Both the position numbers and the translations under genes were made by a program. This document shows positions 19,401-30,337 of a stretch of DNA of 64,000 nt, in pieces (position 1 is the first letter of the stretch; each line of letters opens with the position of its first letter). Under the pieces are notes generated by a model. That model was not told where the DNA came from and ran no database searches. It saw only the letters and a list, made by a program, of their open reading frames with translations. Origin of the DNA: Terriglobia bacterium (lineage in GTDB: Bacteria; Acidobacteriota; Terriglobia; 20CM-2-55-15); NCBI GenBank assembly GCA_965218585.1, contig CBDCLE010000024.1, positions 160,001 through 224,000 of the forward strand. The letters run 5' to 3'.

Positions 19401-21903
19401 GTGATGACCGTCTTCACTAAAACAATTACTGCAGTGAGTATCCTCTTACTGTTGTCAACCGTGGCCGTAGGCCAGATTTCAGACGATCCCATAAAGGTGG
19501 AAACACTTGTGGTGACGCCGGCAGAAGATGCCGTCGAATTTACCGTCAACTCGACCGAGTGGGTTCGATACACGTACTTCGAACTGGAAGGGCCGCGTCT
19601 GGTCGTGGACTTTCACAATGCGGAGAGCGAGCTGGGATTCTGGAGAAGGGAAGTGGACCATGCCGGGGTGACCCAGGTCCGGTCGTCTTTCTTCACAGAC
19701 GACAACCGGGAAGCCACACGACTAGTCTTTGACCTGGAAAAGGAAGTTCCCTACGAGATCATTGATGAGGGCGAGGGGAAGGTTCGTGTCCGCTTCGGCG
19801 CCGAAGACGCTTCCCGACTGCTCACAGATGTGACCGGACAAGCTGCGGCTGACTGGTTTGATGGTGATGGGTTGGAGAATCTGGAGCTTCTTTCGGGTCC
19901 CCTCGAAGCTACACTTTTGGACCAGGACGAGATCAAGGCGACTTTGCTCTCCGATTTGGGGCAAACCTGAGAGGAAGCCATCGTTTCGTTATTCGATGAC
20001 GTAGAGACGGTGGAAGCAGAAATTGAAATAGAAGAAATCCCCGAAGACCTTGTCGAGAAGCCGGAAGCGATCGAATTGGACAACGAGACCAACGAGACTG
20101 AAATCATTCTCGCCCGATCATCCGATGAAAGCCAAGAAAGCGACCAGATCCTGGCCGCTTTTGAGACGAAAGAAACCGAGAGGGTTTTAGAAGCCACGCC
20201 GACGGCGGAAATCGCAGAGGTCCTTGAGGCTGAACAGCTCGAAGCAGCCGAAGCGTCCGAAGATTTCGAAAGCGATCTGCTGGGCCGGATGGCGAATCCC
20301 ATTTTCACCTCGGAAGAGGAGACCGCGGCCACGGGACAGAGTTTCCTGACACTGGCGTCTGCCGAACCGACTGTGGTGCTCCCCACTCCCGGGACCTTAC
20401 CGCCGATCGTCGTAGAGGAGTTGGAATCCGAGGAGTCGGCCGAAGTCGACCCTCTGAGAGCACTGGCACAGCCTGAAACGACGGTTATGTCTCCAGTTTC
20501 GATTGCCGAGACGGTCGCCGAAACGGTGCCCCCAACCGGGGCCATAGCCCCCGCCCCGCCCTCAGCCTTTTTGGTGCAGGCCCCCGTCCAGGCTCTCGAG
20601 ACACCGCAGTACACGGGTGAGATCGTTACGTTTGATTTCAGAGATCTGGATCTCCAGGACTTCTTCCGCCTGATTGGAAACATCAGTGGTTTGAACGTGT
20701 GGTCCTGGATCCTGCGGTCAACGGCACGGTGACTCTGCTGTTACGCGACGTACCTTGGGATCAGGCTCTGGACTTGGTGCTCAGGAACAACAACCTGGGA
20801 TATGAGTTGCAGGGAAATATTCTGAGGGTCGCCACGCAGGGAACTCTGCAGGCGGAAGAGAACGCGGCGCGCGACCTGCGCGAAGCGCAGGAACTGAATG
20901 CAGAGCTTGTGACACAGACCTTCATATTGAGCTACACGCAATCGGATACGGTGTTGGGCGTCATCCAGGGTCTGTTGTCGGCGCGCGGTACTATCATTAC
21001 CGACGCACGCCGAAACGCCCTGATTGTCACCGATATCCCAAGCCAGTTTGGGCGTGTGGAATCCCTGGTTTCGTTCCTCGACACGCCTGCGCAGCAGGTG
21101 GAAATCGAGGCCCGTTTGCTTTCAGCAAGCAAATCGTTCTCCAGAGATCTTGGTGCCCAGATCGGTCTTCTGATTGGCAACAGCCCACCGGAAGTAGCCT
21201 TACCGGTCTCCCGGGTTCTGGAAGTCCGTTTAGCCGAACTCCGGCGCCCAACGTCAACGTCGGTGGTGCGGTTCCGTTGATCTCGGATTTCCCGGCCGGC
21301 GGTACGTCAGGGTTGTCATTCCTTCTCGGTGCGGGGGGGGACATCCTGCTGGATACGATTATTCAGGCTGCCGAGGCGACGGGTACTGCGAAGCTGTTGT
21401 CCCGACCGAGAGTAACGACGCAGAACAATCAGGCTGCCACCGTTTCCCAGGGCACACAGATTCCCGTTCAGACGAACGTCAACAACACCATCTCGGTTAC
21501 TTTCGTGGACTTCTCGCTCAGTTTGACCGTGACGCCGCAGATAACAGAAGCCGGGACAATATTGCTGACGACAGCGATTGAGAACAGTAGCCCTGAATTC
21601 GGACGCTCCGTCAACGGGATACCGTCGGTTTCCTCGCAGCAGGCAACGACGCAGGTCCTTATTTCGGACGGCGGAACCGCCGTGATCGGGGAGATTTTGC
21701 TCGACAACGATTCGATCAACATCAGCCAGGTTCCGGGCCTGGGTAACATTCCGGTCTTGGGGAATCTTTTCAAGAGTACGCAGGTGATCAAGAGCACGAG
21801 CGAGCTGTTGTTCTTTATTACAGCGCGCATCAAGCCTGCGAACCCGTTAGAGTTTCTGTCGGAAACAGCTGCGGAGGAATCCTCCCAGCTCTTTGCTCAG
21901 TAA
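19401..21903 (+). pseudogene. pilQ: Type IV pilus secretin PilQ with AMIN domain, disrupted (in-frame TGA plus two frameshifts)
   Basis: AMIN domain (RLVVDF), YTGE..TFDFRD, DVPWDQAL, QVEIEAR, LLSRPRVTTQNN, VPGLGNIPVLGNLFK spread over four ORFs. Confidence 0.85.
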
Positions 21904-21997
21904 TCGGTAACAAACGATACTTCTCATATCCGGGTGAGGGTCCTCCGCTACCGAGCGGAGAGCCCTCACCCGGAACAGGTTTAAGCAGGTCGGCCAC

Positions 21998-22375
21998 GTG
22001 ACGCGTTCCCTTTTCCACGAAGTGTTCGAAAAAGTGCGGAATGAGCTGGGAGGCATTCGCGCTATGGCTCTGGTGAGTCTGGACGGCACGATCGTCGAGG
22101 AGGTGATCACCGATCCCGCCCTCGATCAGGATACACTGTCGGAATTTGCTACGTTGCTGCGTATCGCGCAGCACACGTCCGAGGACACGGCCGCGGGCCA
22201 GCTTACGGAGACATCGTGGACCGCGGACCGGTCTCTGGTCCTGGCGCGACGCGCGTCGGGGGAGAATTTTCTGATCCTTGTGGGTGAGCCGGGTCTTCGG
22301 ATCGGGTTTGCCCGGTACCTGCTGCGTAGAGCCGCGTGGGAACTTCGGCCGCAATTTGAGAAAACTCAGCCCTAG
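21998..22375 (+). CDS. Roadblock/LC7-like protein
   Basis: [10 protein letters not shown] and LILV...[10 protein letters not shown] pattern. Confidence 0.6.
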   Translation: MTRSLFHEVFEKVRNELGGIRAMALVSLDGTIVEEVITDPALDQDTLSEFATLLRIAQHTSEDTAAGQLTETSWTADRSLVLARRASGENFLILVGEPGLRIGFARYLLRRAAWELRPQFEKTQP

Positions 22376-22446
22376 CAGATGGTGGCAGAAGTCTGCGGGG
22401 CCAGGCTACAAGCGCGATCGCGCTAGATGCTATACTTCCGACGGCC

Positions 22447-22893
22447 ATGAACTTTAAAGAGCTTAAAGAACTCATAGAAATCGTTTCGACGACCGAGGGC
22501 ATCGAAGAACTCGAGGTTGAGCGTGCCGGGGTGCGTTTGAGAGTTCGGAAGGCGGGGAGTAGCCCGAATCTTGCCCAGATGATCGCTTCGGCCCCCCAGC
22601 AGACGACGGTTGCGACTCCCACCGATACAGCCGCGCTGGTTGAGGCGGCGGGAGTATTTTTCGTAACCTCGCCGATGGTAGGGACGTTTTATCGCGCTCC
22701 CAACCCGGATGCGGACCCGTTCGTCAAGGTCGGAGATTTCGTCGAAAAAGGAAGTGTCGTCTGCATAATCGAAGCGATGAAGCTGATGAACGAAATCGAA
22801 TCCGAGGTTGCTGGCGAGATCGTCAGCATCCCGATCGAGAATGGCCAACCTGTTGAATTCGGCGAACGACTGTTCGCCATCCGCCCACGCTGA
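22447..22893 (+). CDS. accB: Biotin carboxyl carrier protein
   Basis: [17 protein letters not shown]. Confidence 0.96.
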   Translation: MNFKELKELIEIVSTTEGIEELEVERAGVRLRVRKAGSSPNLAQMIASAPQQTTVATPTDTAALVEAAGVFFVTSPMVGTFYRAPNPDADPFVKVGDFVEKGSVVCIIEAMKLMNEIESEVAGEIVSIPIENGQPVEFGERLFAIRPR

Positions 22894-22919
22894 TTGTCTG
22901 ACCCGAGGCCTCCAATTCC

Positions 22920-24290
22920 ATGTTCAGGAAAGTACTGATCGCCAACAGAGGAGAGATTGCACTCCGGGTCCTGTTTGCATGTAAGGAACTCGGTCTTCGG
23001 ACCGTTGCCGTCTATTCGGAGGCGGACCGGCATGCGCTTCATGTTCGGTTTGCGGATGAAGCCATATGTATCGGACCGGCCCGCAGTTCGGAGAGTTACC
23101 TGGATATTCCCAGCGTTATCAGCGCCGCGGAGATTACCAATGCAGATGCCATACATCCCGGTTACGGGTTCCTTGCCGAGAGCGCCCACTTTGCCGAGGT
23201 GTGTGAGGAGTGCGGGATCAAGTTCATCGGTCCCTCTCCGTCCAGCATTCGGATGATGGGTGACAAGGTGCGCGCGCGGTCGGCGATGTCTCGTGTCGGA
23301 TTGGAAATCCTTCCGGGAAGCTCCGATCCAGTCCAGGATACTGACGAAGCTTTGGCTGTAGCTAAAGAGATCGGCTATCCGGTCATCATCAAGGCGACCG
23401 CCGGCGGCGGTGGCCGCGGGATGCGCATCGTGAGGGATTCCTCCGAATTGGCCCGGGCCCTGGGGACTGCCCAGGCCGAAGCGCAGGCAGCTTTCGGTTC
23501 GGCAGAGTGCTACATGGAAAAGTTTGTCGAAAAGGCCCGCCACATAGAGTTTCAGATTCTGGCTGACGATTTCGGCAATGCCATCCACCTCGGTGAGCGG
23601 GAATGTTCGATCCAGCGCCGGCACCAGAAACTCCTCGAAGAAGCGCCGTCCGTAATGATGGACGATGTGCTTCGCGACAAGATGGGAGCCCGCGTCGTGT
23701 CGGCGGTTCAGAGCCTCGGCTATACGAACGTCGGCACGATGGAATTTCTTGTCGATAGGAACAGGAATTTCTATTTCATGGAGATGAACACGCGGATTCA
23801 GGTGGAACATGGCGTGACGGAGATCGTTACCGGCATCGATCTGATCCGTGACCAGATCCTGGCTGCGGCCGGTGAGACCCTGCCTCACCGGCAGGAGGAC
23901 GTCCGTTTTAAGGGGCATGCCATCGAATGTCGAGTGAACGCAGAGGATCCGTTCACACAACGGCCTTCCCCGGGGAAGATAACCTCCTGGCATCCCCCTG
24001 GCGGACCCGGCGTGCGTGTCGATACGGCCGCTTACGCAGAGTACGTCGTGCCTCCCTACTACGACTCACTGATCGCCAAGGTGATCGCTCTTGGAGCCAG
24101 CCGCGGGGAAGCTCTTCGACGGATGGACCGGGCGTTGAGCACGTTTATTGTGGAGGGTGTCCGGACAACCATACCTCTTCACCTGAAGATCCTGGCTGAC
24201 AAAGATTTCCAATCCGGCGACATGTCTACTGACTTCCTGGAGCAGTCCAGTGTTCTTGGTAAAGCTGCGGGCGTAGCCGAATCTGCATGA
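22920..24290 (+). CDS. accC: Biotin carboxylase
   Basis: [35 protein letters not shown]. Confidence 0.97.
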   Translation: MFRKVLIANRGEIALRVLFACKELGLRTVAVYSEADRHALHVRFADEAICIGPARSSESYLDIPSVISAAEITNADAIHPGYGFLAESAHFAEVCEECGIKFIGPSPSSIRMMGDKVRARSAMSRVGLEILPGSSDPVQDTDEALAVAKEIGYPVIIKATAGGGGRGMRIVRDSSELARALGTAQAEAQAAFGSAECYMEKFVEKARHIEFQILADDFGNAIHLGERECSIQRRHQKLLEEAPSVMMDDVLRDKMGARVVSAVQSLGYTNVGTMEFLVDRNRNFYFMEMNTRIQVEHGVTEIVTGIDLIRDQILAAAGETLPHRQEDVRFKGHAIECRVNAEDPFTQRPSPGKITSWHPPGGPGVRVDTAAYAEYVVPPYYDSLIAKVIALGASRGEALRRMDRALSTFIVEGVRTTIPLHLKILADKDFQSGDMSTDFLEQSSVLGKAAGVAESA

Positions 24291-24910
24291 AGCGGCTACC
24301 GGCGCTGTATGCCATCGCCGATGCCAGCTTCGGCGATCCGGTCGATATTTCCCGACGTCTTTTCAACGGCGGTGCCAGGCTCGTGCAGGTTCGGAATAAG
24401 ACGGCTTCGTCCGGCGAACTCCTGGATCAGGTAGTCCGGATTATTGATAAAGCTCCGCCGGATGCCCGTCTCATCGTCAATGATCGAGCCGACATTGCGA
24501 AGATCGTAAGGGCTGCGGGCGTCCATCTGGGTCAGGAGGATCTTTCCCCGTCTGCAGCGCGGCGCATCCTCGATGACGATAGTATCGTCGGCGTTTCCAC
24601 CCACGACGTGTCCCAGGCCCTGGACACAGCTGATGAACCGGTCGACTACGTCGCCGTCGGCCCCGTTTTCGAAAGCTCTACTAAAAAGAACCACGCCCCG
24701 GTACTCGGACTGGACGGTCTCGCTGCCATCTGCGGCCAGTTGGAGCGGCCGGTTGTTGCCATTGGAGGCATTCGGCTGGAACATCTGGAAGAGGTATTGG
24801 CCGCCGGTGCAAGCTCGGTGGCGGTGATCTCGGATCTTGTCGGTCATCCGGCTATTGAGGAACGGACTGGAAAATTTCTGGACAGGCTGGCTGAAATCGA
24901 GAGGGCTTAA
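24287..24910 (+). CDS. thiE: Thiamine-phosphate synthase
   Basis: [24 protein letters not shown]. Confidence 0.93.
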   Translation: MKRLPALYAIADASFGDPVDISRRLFNGGARLVQVRNKTASSGELLDQVVRIIDKAPPDARLIVNDRADIAKIVRAAGVHLGQEDLSPSAARRILDDDSIVGVSTHDVSQALDTADEPVDYVAVGPVFESSTKKNHAPVLGLDGLAAICGQLERPVVAIGGIRLEHLEEVLAAGASSVAVISDLVGHPAIEERTGKFLDRLAEIERA

Positions 24911-24963
24911 TGCCGAAAGGTAAATACAATCGTCTACTACTTAAGTGCTGGCGTCTTTCGACT

Positions 24964-26328
24964 GAGGTCGTTCCAATCGGTGTGTAAAAAGAGAAGGCGG
25001 TGTACGCTTTCGGTGAATTCGAAACCCTAAGCAATCCCGGCAGCAACCGGGAGAAAGGTACACCACCCATGAAGAAGAAGAACATACCGGCATCAGTGGC
25101 GTCAACGAACGCGTATGAAGGTTTGGAGGACTGGGCGCGATCCCGGGTCCAAGTCTGGCTACAGGAGCTGCTCGAGGACGAAGTCACTCAATTTCTGGGT
25201 CGGGAAAAGTCGGAGCGGAGTCCGAATCGACGAGGATACCGGAACGGTCACGGGAAGCCGCGACGCTTCGCAATGATGAACGGTACGATGGAGGTTCGAC
25301 GACCTCGGGTTCGAAACACCGCCGAGCGGTTCGAGAGTCAGATCCTGCCGTATTTTCGACGGAAATCGAAACAGCTGGGCGAGCTACTTCCCGATCTCTA
25401 CCTCCACGGCCTGGCCACAGGGGACTTCGAGCAGGCCATGCGCGGACTGCTTGGCGCTGGCGCTCCGTTGTCGCGAGCATCGATCCAACGACTGAAATCG
25501 ACCTGGCAGTTGGAGTATGACGAGTGGGTCCAGCAGGACCTGTCCGGCCTCGAGGTCGTGTACCAGTGGGCAGACGGCTTGTACGTGAAAGCGGGGATCG
25601 CGAAAGAGCGAGCGGCATTGCTGGTGATCATCGGAGCCTTGTCAGACGGGCGCAAAGTGGTGTTGGCCTGTGAGAGCGGGCAGCGGGAAAGCAAGGAGTC
25701 CTGGAGCCGCATTCTGCGCAATCTCCAGAGACGGGGCCTGAAGCTGGGACGACTGACTGTCGCGGACGGTCACCTGGGCATCTGGTCCGCGCTGGCCGAG
25801 CAACAGCCCCAGGGCCAGGAACAACGCTGCTGGAACCACAAGTCGATCAACGTGGTCGATCATCTGCCGAAGACCGAGCAGCCCGCGGCCAGACAGCTGC
25901 TCCATGGGATGGCCTTCGCGAACTCCCGCGCGGCCTGCGAACGAAAGCGGGATCAGTTCGTCCGCCGATATGAGAAGAACTATCCCAAAGCGGGTGAGAC
26001 GCTGTTGCGGGACTGGGACCGGATGATTACTTTCTATGAGTTCCCGAAACAACACTGGGTGCATCTGAGAACGACCAACATCGTCGAATCGCCCTTCGAC
26101 ATGGTTCGCCTCCGCACCAACGCCGCTCGCCGATTCAAGCGTGTCGAGAATGCAACGGCAATGATCTGGAAGCTACTACGTGTCGCTGAGAAGGCTTGGC
26201 GACACTTAAAAGGATCCGAACTCTTACAAGAGGTCTATGATGGTCAGCAATTCGCTGACGGCATCAGAGTCGTGATGAAATCGAAGGCCGCCGCCTGATG
26301 ACTTTTACACACCTTTTGTAATGACCTC
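24964..26328 (+). mobile_element. IS256-family element type B, copy 2
   Basis: Same IRs; 8-bp duplication TTTCGACT at 24956-24963 and 26329-26336. Confidence 0.94.
25069..26298 (+). CDS. IS256-family transposase, type B
   Basis: Near identical to 2386-3615. Confidence 0.93.
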   Translation: MKKKNIPASVASTNAYEGLEDWARSRVQVWLQELLEDEVTQFLGREKSERSPNRRGYRNGHGKPRRFAMMNGTMEVRRPRVRNTAERFESQILPYFRRKSKQLGELLPDLYLHGLATGDFEQAMRGLLGAGAPLSRASIQRLKSTWQLEYDEWVQQDLSGLEVVYQWADGLYVKAGIAKERAALLVIIGALSDGRKVVLACESGQRESKESWSRILRNLQRRGLKLGRLTVADGHLGIWSALAEQQPQGQEQRCWNHKSINVVDHLPKTEQPAARQLLHGMAFANSRAACERKRDQFVRRYEKNYPKAGETLLRDWDRMITFYEFPKQHWVHLRTTNIVESPFDMVRLRTNAARRFKRVENATAMIWKLLRVAEKAWRHLKGSELLQEVYDGQQFADGIRVVMKSKAAA

Positions 26329-26335
26329 TTTCGAC

Positions 26336-26385
26336 TGTAGGTGCGGTCTATGACCGCACATGTGCGCTCATAGACCGCACCTACA
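26336..26385. repeat. GTAG-family REP doublet
   Basis: TGTAGGTGCGGTCTATGA...TCATAGACCGCACCTACA, inverted pair each with an internal palindrome. Confidence 0.75.
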
Positions 26386-26480
26386 ATGTATACAGTGGTT
26401 CAAGAGCTCGGATTTGCGTAAACTGAAGAGTTGAGCAACGAACGTTAGTCCCGACCGTGGCAAAAGGATAGGATCAGAAG

Positions 26481-27194
26481 GTGGCAAAGGACGCACTATT
26501 AGAGGTTCCAGATCAGAGCGAGGGTTGGAGTGCGCCTGTGGCCACTGAGATCTGGCCCGATGTTGCGTTATATATGATTCGAACTCGACGGTATCGGCCC
26601 ACGCTATTCCTGCCAAAGAGTTCTCTCCGCCTGTGCGCTGCGACAGATGGCGATCGATTCCTCCGGTTCATACGCCGGATGATGCGAAACCGAAACCCTG
26701 TCATCCGTTGGGTCGGCCGGGTAACGCGCGTCGGCCATCGTTACTATCAGAAACTTGAGGATCGGATCGATCCGCAGGAACGGATGATCAAAGCGCTGAA
26801 CTGCCCGCGCTCCCTGAAGGTCCTTCACGCGCCAAGTTCCGATCCGGAAAGTGAGTTTCGGGATCTTCTACGTGGCCAGGTTGTCAAACACGGTGCGTGG
26901 CTCGTTGTGGATGGGATACTCACGGCCCTGACCGTGATGTTTTTCTGGGTTCTGGTGCCCATTCCCGGTCCGAACGTCTTTTTCTACTACCCGGCATTAA
27001 GACTTGCCAGTCATTACAGAGCCATGACGGGAGCCAGACGCGGACTGAATGGGATTGAAATCGCGTTCGAGCCTATGGCGGGGCTGGCTCATGTCGAAGA
27101 AGAACTCCGAAACCCGACAGGTGCAGACGGTGCCGAAGACAGTGTGTCGGCCCGAATCGAAGGATTGGAAGTTTTTCTCCGCCGGTTGACTTAG
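26481..27194 (+). CDS. Conserved hypothetical membrane protein (similar to the mitochondrial K+/H+ exchange-related family)
   Basis: LVPIPGPNVFFYYPALRLASHYRA motif after a hydrophobic stretch; start uncertain. Confidence 0.55.
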   Translation: MAKDALLEVPDQSEGWSAPVATEIWPDVALYMIRTRRYRPTLFLPKSSLRLCAATDGDRFLRFIRRMMRNRNPVIRWVGRVTRVGHRYYQKLEDRIDPQERMIKALNCPRSLKVLHAPSSDPESEFRDLLRGQVVKHGAWLVVDGILTALTVMFFWVLVPIPGPNVFFYYPALRLASHYRAMTGARRGLNGIEIAFEPMAGLAHVEEELRNPTGADGAEDSVSARIEGLEVFLRRLT

Positions 27195-27239
27195 ATTCCA
27201 GCAATCAAGGCTGCTCAATCCAAGGCACATAGATACCAG

Positions 27240-28772
27240 ATGCGCGTTCCGCTCGAAGCCTTACCCTCAATGTCGAAGCTTTTCCTCGACTACATTCAGG
27301 GTTCCGATAGTGCCTGCCAGTTCTATCCGCACCGCCCTTCACTGGATGCTGTCGAAGAATTCGCTCGCGGGTGTCCTTCAATCGATGATGCGCATCGGAA
27401 CCGACTGGCCGACGCACTGGAATCGCAACACGAGGGATGGAACGTGGACACCACTTCGATCAAGAAGCTGCGTTCTGGTGCTGTGGCGGTCGTGACAGGA
27501 CAGCAGGCCGGACTCTTGACCGGACCGATGTATTCTATTCTGAAGGCCCTCACGGCGGTCAAGATTGCCAGGCAGCTGGACGAGCGTGGTGTCGCTGCAG
27601 TGCCGGTGTTCTGGATTGCCGCCGAAGATCACGATCACGAAGAGATCGAATGGGCTGGAATTCTAAGCCAGGATTCAACGCTGGAGAAGGTTACGTCTCC
27701 GCTACCGAATCCTGACCGTGCGCCTGTCGGATGGCTTCGCTTCGGTTCGTCCCTCCCCGATGCGATAGAGGAGTGTTTCCGTCTTCTCCCGCCTTCGGAG
27801 TTTGCCGCCGAGGTGCGGACCCTTATCGAAGGCGCTTACAGTCCGGAGGTTTCTCCCGTCGAGGCCTTCGCCCGGATGATGGGCGGGTTGTTTGAAGGTT
27901 CCGGCTTGATACTCGCCGATCCGCTCTCTCCCCCTCTGCGGTCGATAGAAAAAGATGCCATTGCCGGTGTGGCGAGGCGGGCGGAGGATGTTCGTTCTGC
28001 ACTCGCCGCACGCACCCAGATGATCATCCGGGCGGGATATTCCGAGCAAGTGCGGGTGGGTCGAAACTTTACCGGATTCTTCGCCTATCGAGAGGGATCT
28101 CGGGTGTCGCTCGAACCGGAAAAGGATCTTGCCGGACTGGATTTGAGTCCCAACGTTCTATTGCGCCCCGTGGTGCAGGATTCCATGTTCCCCACTGTGG
28201 CTTTTGTCGGGGGGCCTGCCGAGGTCGCCTATATGGCGCAGGCGGGTTCAGCTTACGAGTGTCTGGGAAAACCTGTGCCGCCTGTGTTTCCGAGGATCAC
28301 AGCAACGTTGGTGGAACCGCCTGTCGCCCGTGTCATGAAGAAATACGATCTGGGTATCGAAGACGTGTTCGAGGGTATGGATCAACTCAGAACCAGAGCT
28401 GTCGGATTAACGTCCGGAGTCGAGGTTTTCGACGACGTCCGCCGGCGTGTGTCGGACCAGATCCAGCGTCTCGGTCCGGTCATGGAAGAGGTGGATCCTA
28501 CACTCGGCGGGGCTTTGGACAATGCTGTTCAAAAGATAATGCATCAGGTGGATACCCTTCGTTCGCGTTTCGTAAGGGGTGAATCGCGGCGCAACGAAGT
28601 TCTGGAACGGCACCTGAATACGTTGAGCACACGTCTGTTCCCGGAGCGCAAGCTGCAGGAACGCGTCGTCAACGTCACCTCGTTTCTTGCTCGATATGGT
28701 TTGAATCTGATTCCGATGATGGATCGGAAACTGGAACTCGACCCTTCGGTGCACCAGGTTATTGAACTCTAG
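27240..28772 (+). CDS. bshC: Bacillithiol biosynthesis cysteine-adding enzyme
   Basis: VVTGQQAGLLTGP, PVFWIAAEDHD, SPNVLLRP, GGPAEVAY, LQER. Confidence 0.93.
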   Translation: MRVPLEALPSMSKLFLDYIQGSDSACQFYPHRPSLDAVEEFARGCPSIDDAHRNRLADALESQHEGWNVDTTSIKKLRSGAVAVVTGQQAGLLTGPMYSILKALTAVKIARQLDERGVAAVPVFWIAAEDHDHEEIEWAGILSQDSTLEKVTSPLPNPDRAPVGWLRFGSSLPDAIEECFRLLPPSEFAAEVRTLIEGAYSPEVSPVEAFARMMGGLFEGSGLILADPLSPPLRSIEKDAIAGVARRAEDVRSALAARTQMIIRAGYSEQVRVGRNFTGFFAYREGSRVSLEPEKDLAGLDLSPNVLLRPVVQDSMFPTVAFVGGPAEVAYMAQAGSAYECLGKPVPPVFPRITATLVEPPVARVMKKYDLGIEDVFEGMDQLRTRAVGLTSGVEVFDDVRRRVSDQIQRLGPVMEEVDPTLGGALDNAVQKIMHQVDTLRSRFVRGESRRNEVLERHLNTLSTRLFPERKLQERVVNVTSFLARYGLNLIPMMDRKLELDPSVHQVIEL

Positions 28773-28838
28773 GAGGAAATTGGGGACTGACAACTCATTC
28801 CCGTCTTCAACGAGAGGCGTCTGTCCCCGAAGTCTCGT

Positions 28839-29963
28839 ATGAAAATCGGTATCACCTGCTATCCGACCTACGGCGGAAGTGGAGTCGTGGCTACAGAGTT
28901 GGGCAAGGAACTCGCGGCTATCGGTCACGAAGTTCACTTCATAAGTTATTCGCTTCCGATTCGCCTCAAGATGAACGATCGAATCCATTTCCATGAAGTG
29001 GAGGTTCTTTCGTACCCGTTGTTTGAGTATCCACCCTACGATCTTGTTCTGGCTACGAAGATGGCGGAAGTAGTGAATCGGTCCGAGCTGGACATCCTGC
29101 ACGTTCACTACGCCATTCCACATTCGATAAGTGCTTTTCTTGCGAAGAAGATGTCCGCAGATAGAGAGATTCCGTTTGTAACCACACTCCATGGGACCGA
29201 TATCACGCTTGTGGGAAACGATCGATCCTATCTACCGATCACACGTTTTGGAATCGAGGAAAGTGACGCCGTCACTGCTGTCTCCGAGTACCTGAAGGAG
29301 AGAACGATCAAAGAGTTCGATACTCAGCACGAGATCGAGGTCATACCCAACTTTGTAAATTGCGACGTCTTTAGAAAGTCTTCCGATTCGAAGTATCGTG
29401 CCAGGTTTGCCGCCGAAGACGAGGGACTGTTGATCCACATTTCAAACTTCCGGCCGCTGAAACGCACGAGCGACGTGATTGAATTATTCAGTCGTCTGAG
29501 AAAGACGCATAAGGCGAAGCTTCTGATGGTGGGAGATGGTCCGGACCGACCTAATGCGGAGTGGCTGGCCGCGGTGAGGGGCGTTTCCGATGACGTACTT
29601 TTCCTGGGCAAGAGTTCCGAGATGGAGCGCCTGCTGTCGGTGTCAGACATACTTCTGCTGCCCAGCGAACTCGAGTCCTTCGGGTTAGTAGCTCTTGAAG
29701 CGATGGCTTCAGAAGTCCCCGTAATAGCGACGCGCGTGGGCGGTCTCTCCGAAGTCGTCGAAGATGGCGTCGACGGCTATCTTTTAGAGGTAGGGGACAC
29801 GGAGTCGATGGCTGCGGCCGCGGCCTCGCTTCTGGGCGACACCGAACTCCACCAGCGCATGGGACAGGCGGGCCGAGAGCATGCCCAACGTGATTTCTGC
29901 CACGAGAAAGTCGTCCAGCGATACGTGGAACTCTACGAGAAAACCGTTTCCAGCGCCTCCTGA
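28839..29963 (+). CDS. bshA: N-acetyl-alpha-D-glucosaminyl L-malate synthase
   Basis: MKIGITCYPTYGGSGVVATELG, HVHYAIPH, TTLHGTDITLVG. Confidence 0.96.
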   Translation: MKIGITCYPTYGGSGVVATELGKELAAIGHEVHFISYSLPIRLKMNDRIHFHEVEVLSYPLFEYPPYDLVLATKMAEVVNRSELDILHVHYAIPHSISAFLAKKMSADREIPFVTTLHGTDITLVGNDRSYLPITRFGIEESDAVTAVSEYLKERTIKEFDTQHEIEVIPNFVNCDVFRKSSDSKYRARFAAEDEGLLIHISNFRPLKRTSDVIELFSRLRKTHKAKLLMVGDGPDRPNAEWLAAVRGVSDDVLFLGKSSEMERLLSVSDILLLPSELESFGLVALEAMASEVPVIATRVGGLSEVVEDGVDGYLLEVGDTESMAAAAASLLGDTELHQRMGQAGREHAQRDFCHEKVVQRYVELYEKTVSSAS

Positions 29964-30083
29964 CGATTCCGAAAACGCTTATCGACCGTATTCCTATAAT
30001 AACTATGCCGACCGGCCTTCATCGGATGAGTCGCGCAAAATGTGCGCGGTGCCCCTCATTGAGTCTAAGTTATTGAAAGGAAA

Positions 30084-30156
30084 AGCCAACGAGCGGAGTC
30101 GAACCGCTGACCTGCTGATTACGAATCAGCTGCTCTACCAGCTGAGCTACGTTGGC
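30084..30156 (-). tRNA. tRNA-Thr(CGT)
   Basis: Minus strand GCCAACGTAGCTCAG...CTGAT-TCGTAA-TCAG...GGTTCGACTCC...GTTGGCT. Confidence 0.95.
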
Positions 30157-30337
30157 AAAAAAATGCTCACCCAGAGGGTGAGCAAGAGTTGTAAAGAGAA
30201 AAAGGATCTGCCCCCAGTCAGGGGCAGAAAGCTCCAATGCATTCATAATTTAATTAAGGGGGTTGGGCCTTGTCAACAAGAATTCTTGCTAATGACCGAA
30301 GGCGTTGGCTTTATTCGGGTTGCGCGTTTTCAACTGC

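Noticed and set aside
19968-19970. In-frame TGA in pilQ as selenocysteine or programmed readthrough
   Set aside because: Lies in an acidic linker, no SECIS-like hairpin was evident and the gene has further lesions.
27240-29963. Bacillithiol synthesis as a novelty
   Set aside because: bshA and bshC are already known outside Firmicutes, including Acidobacteria.
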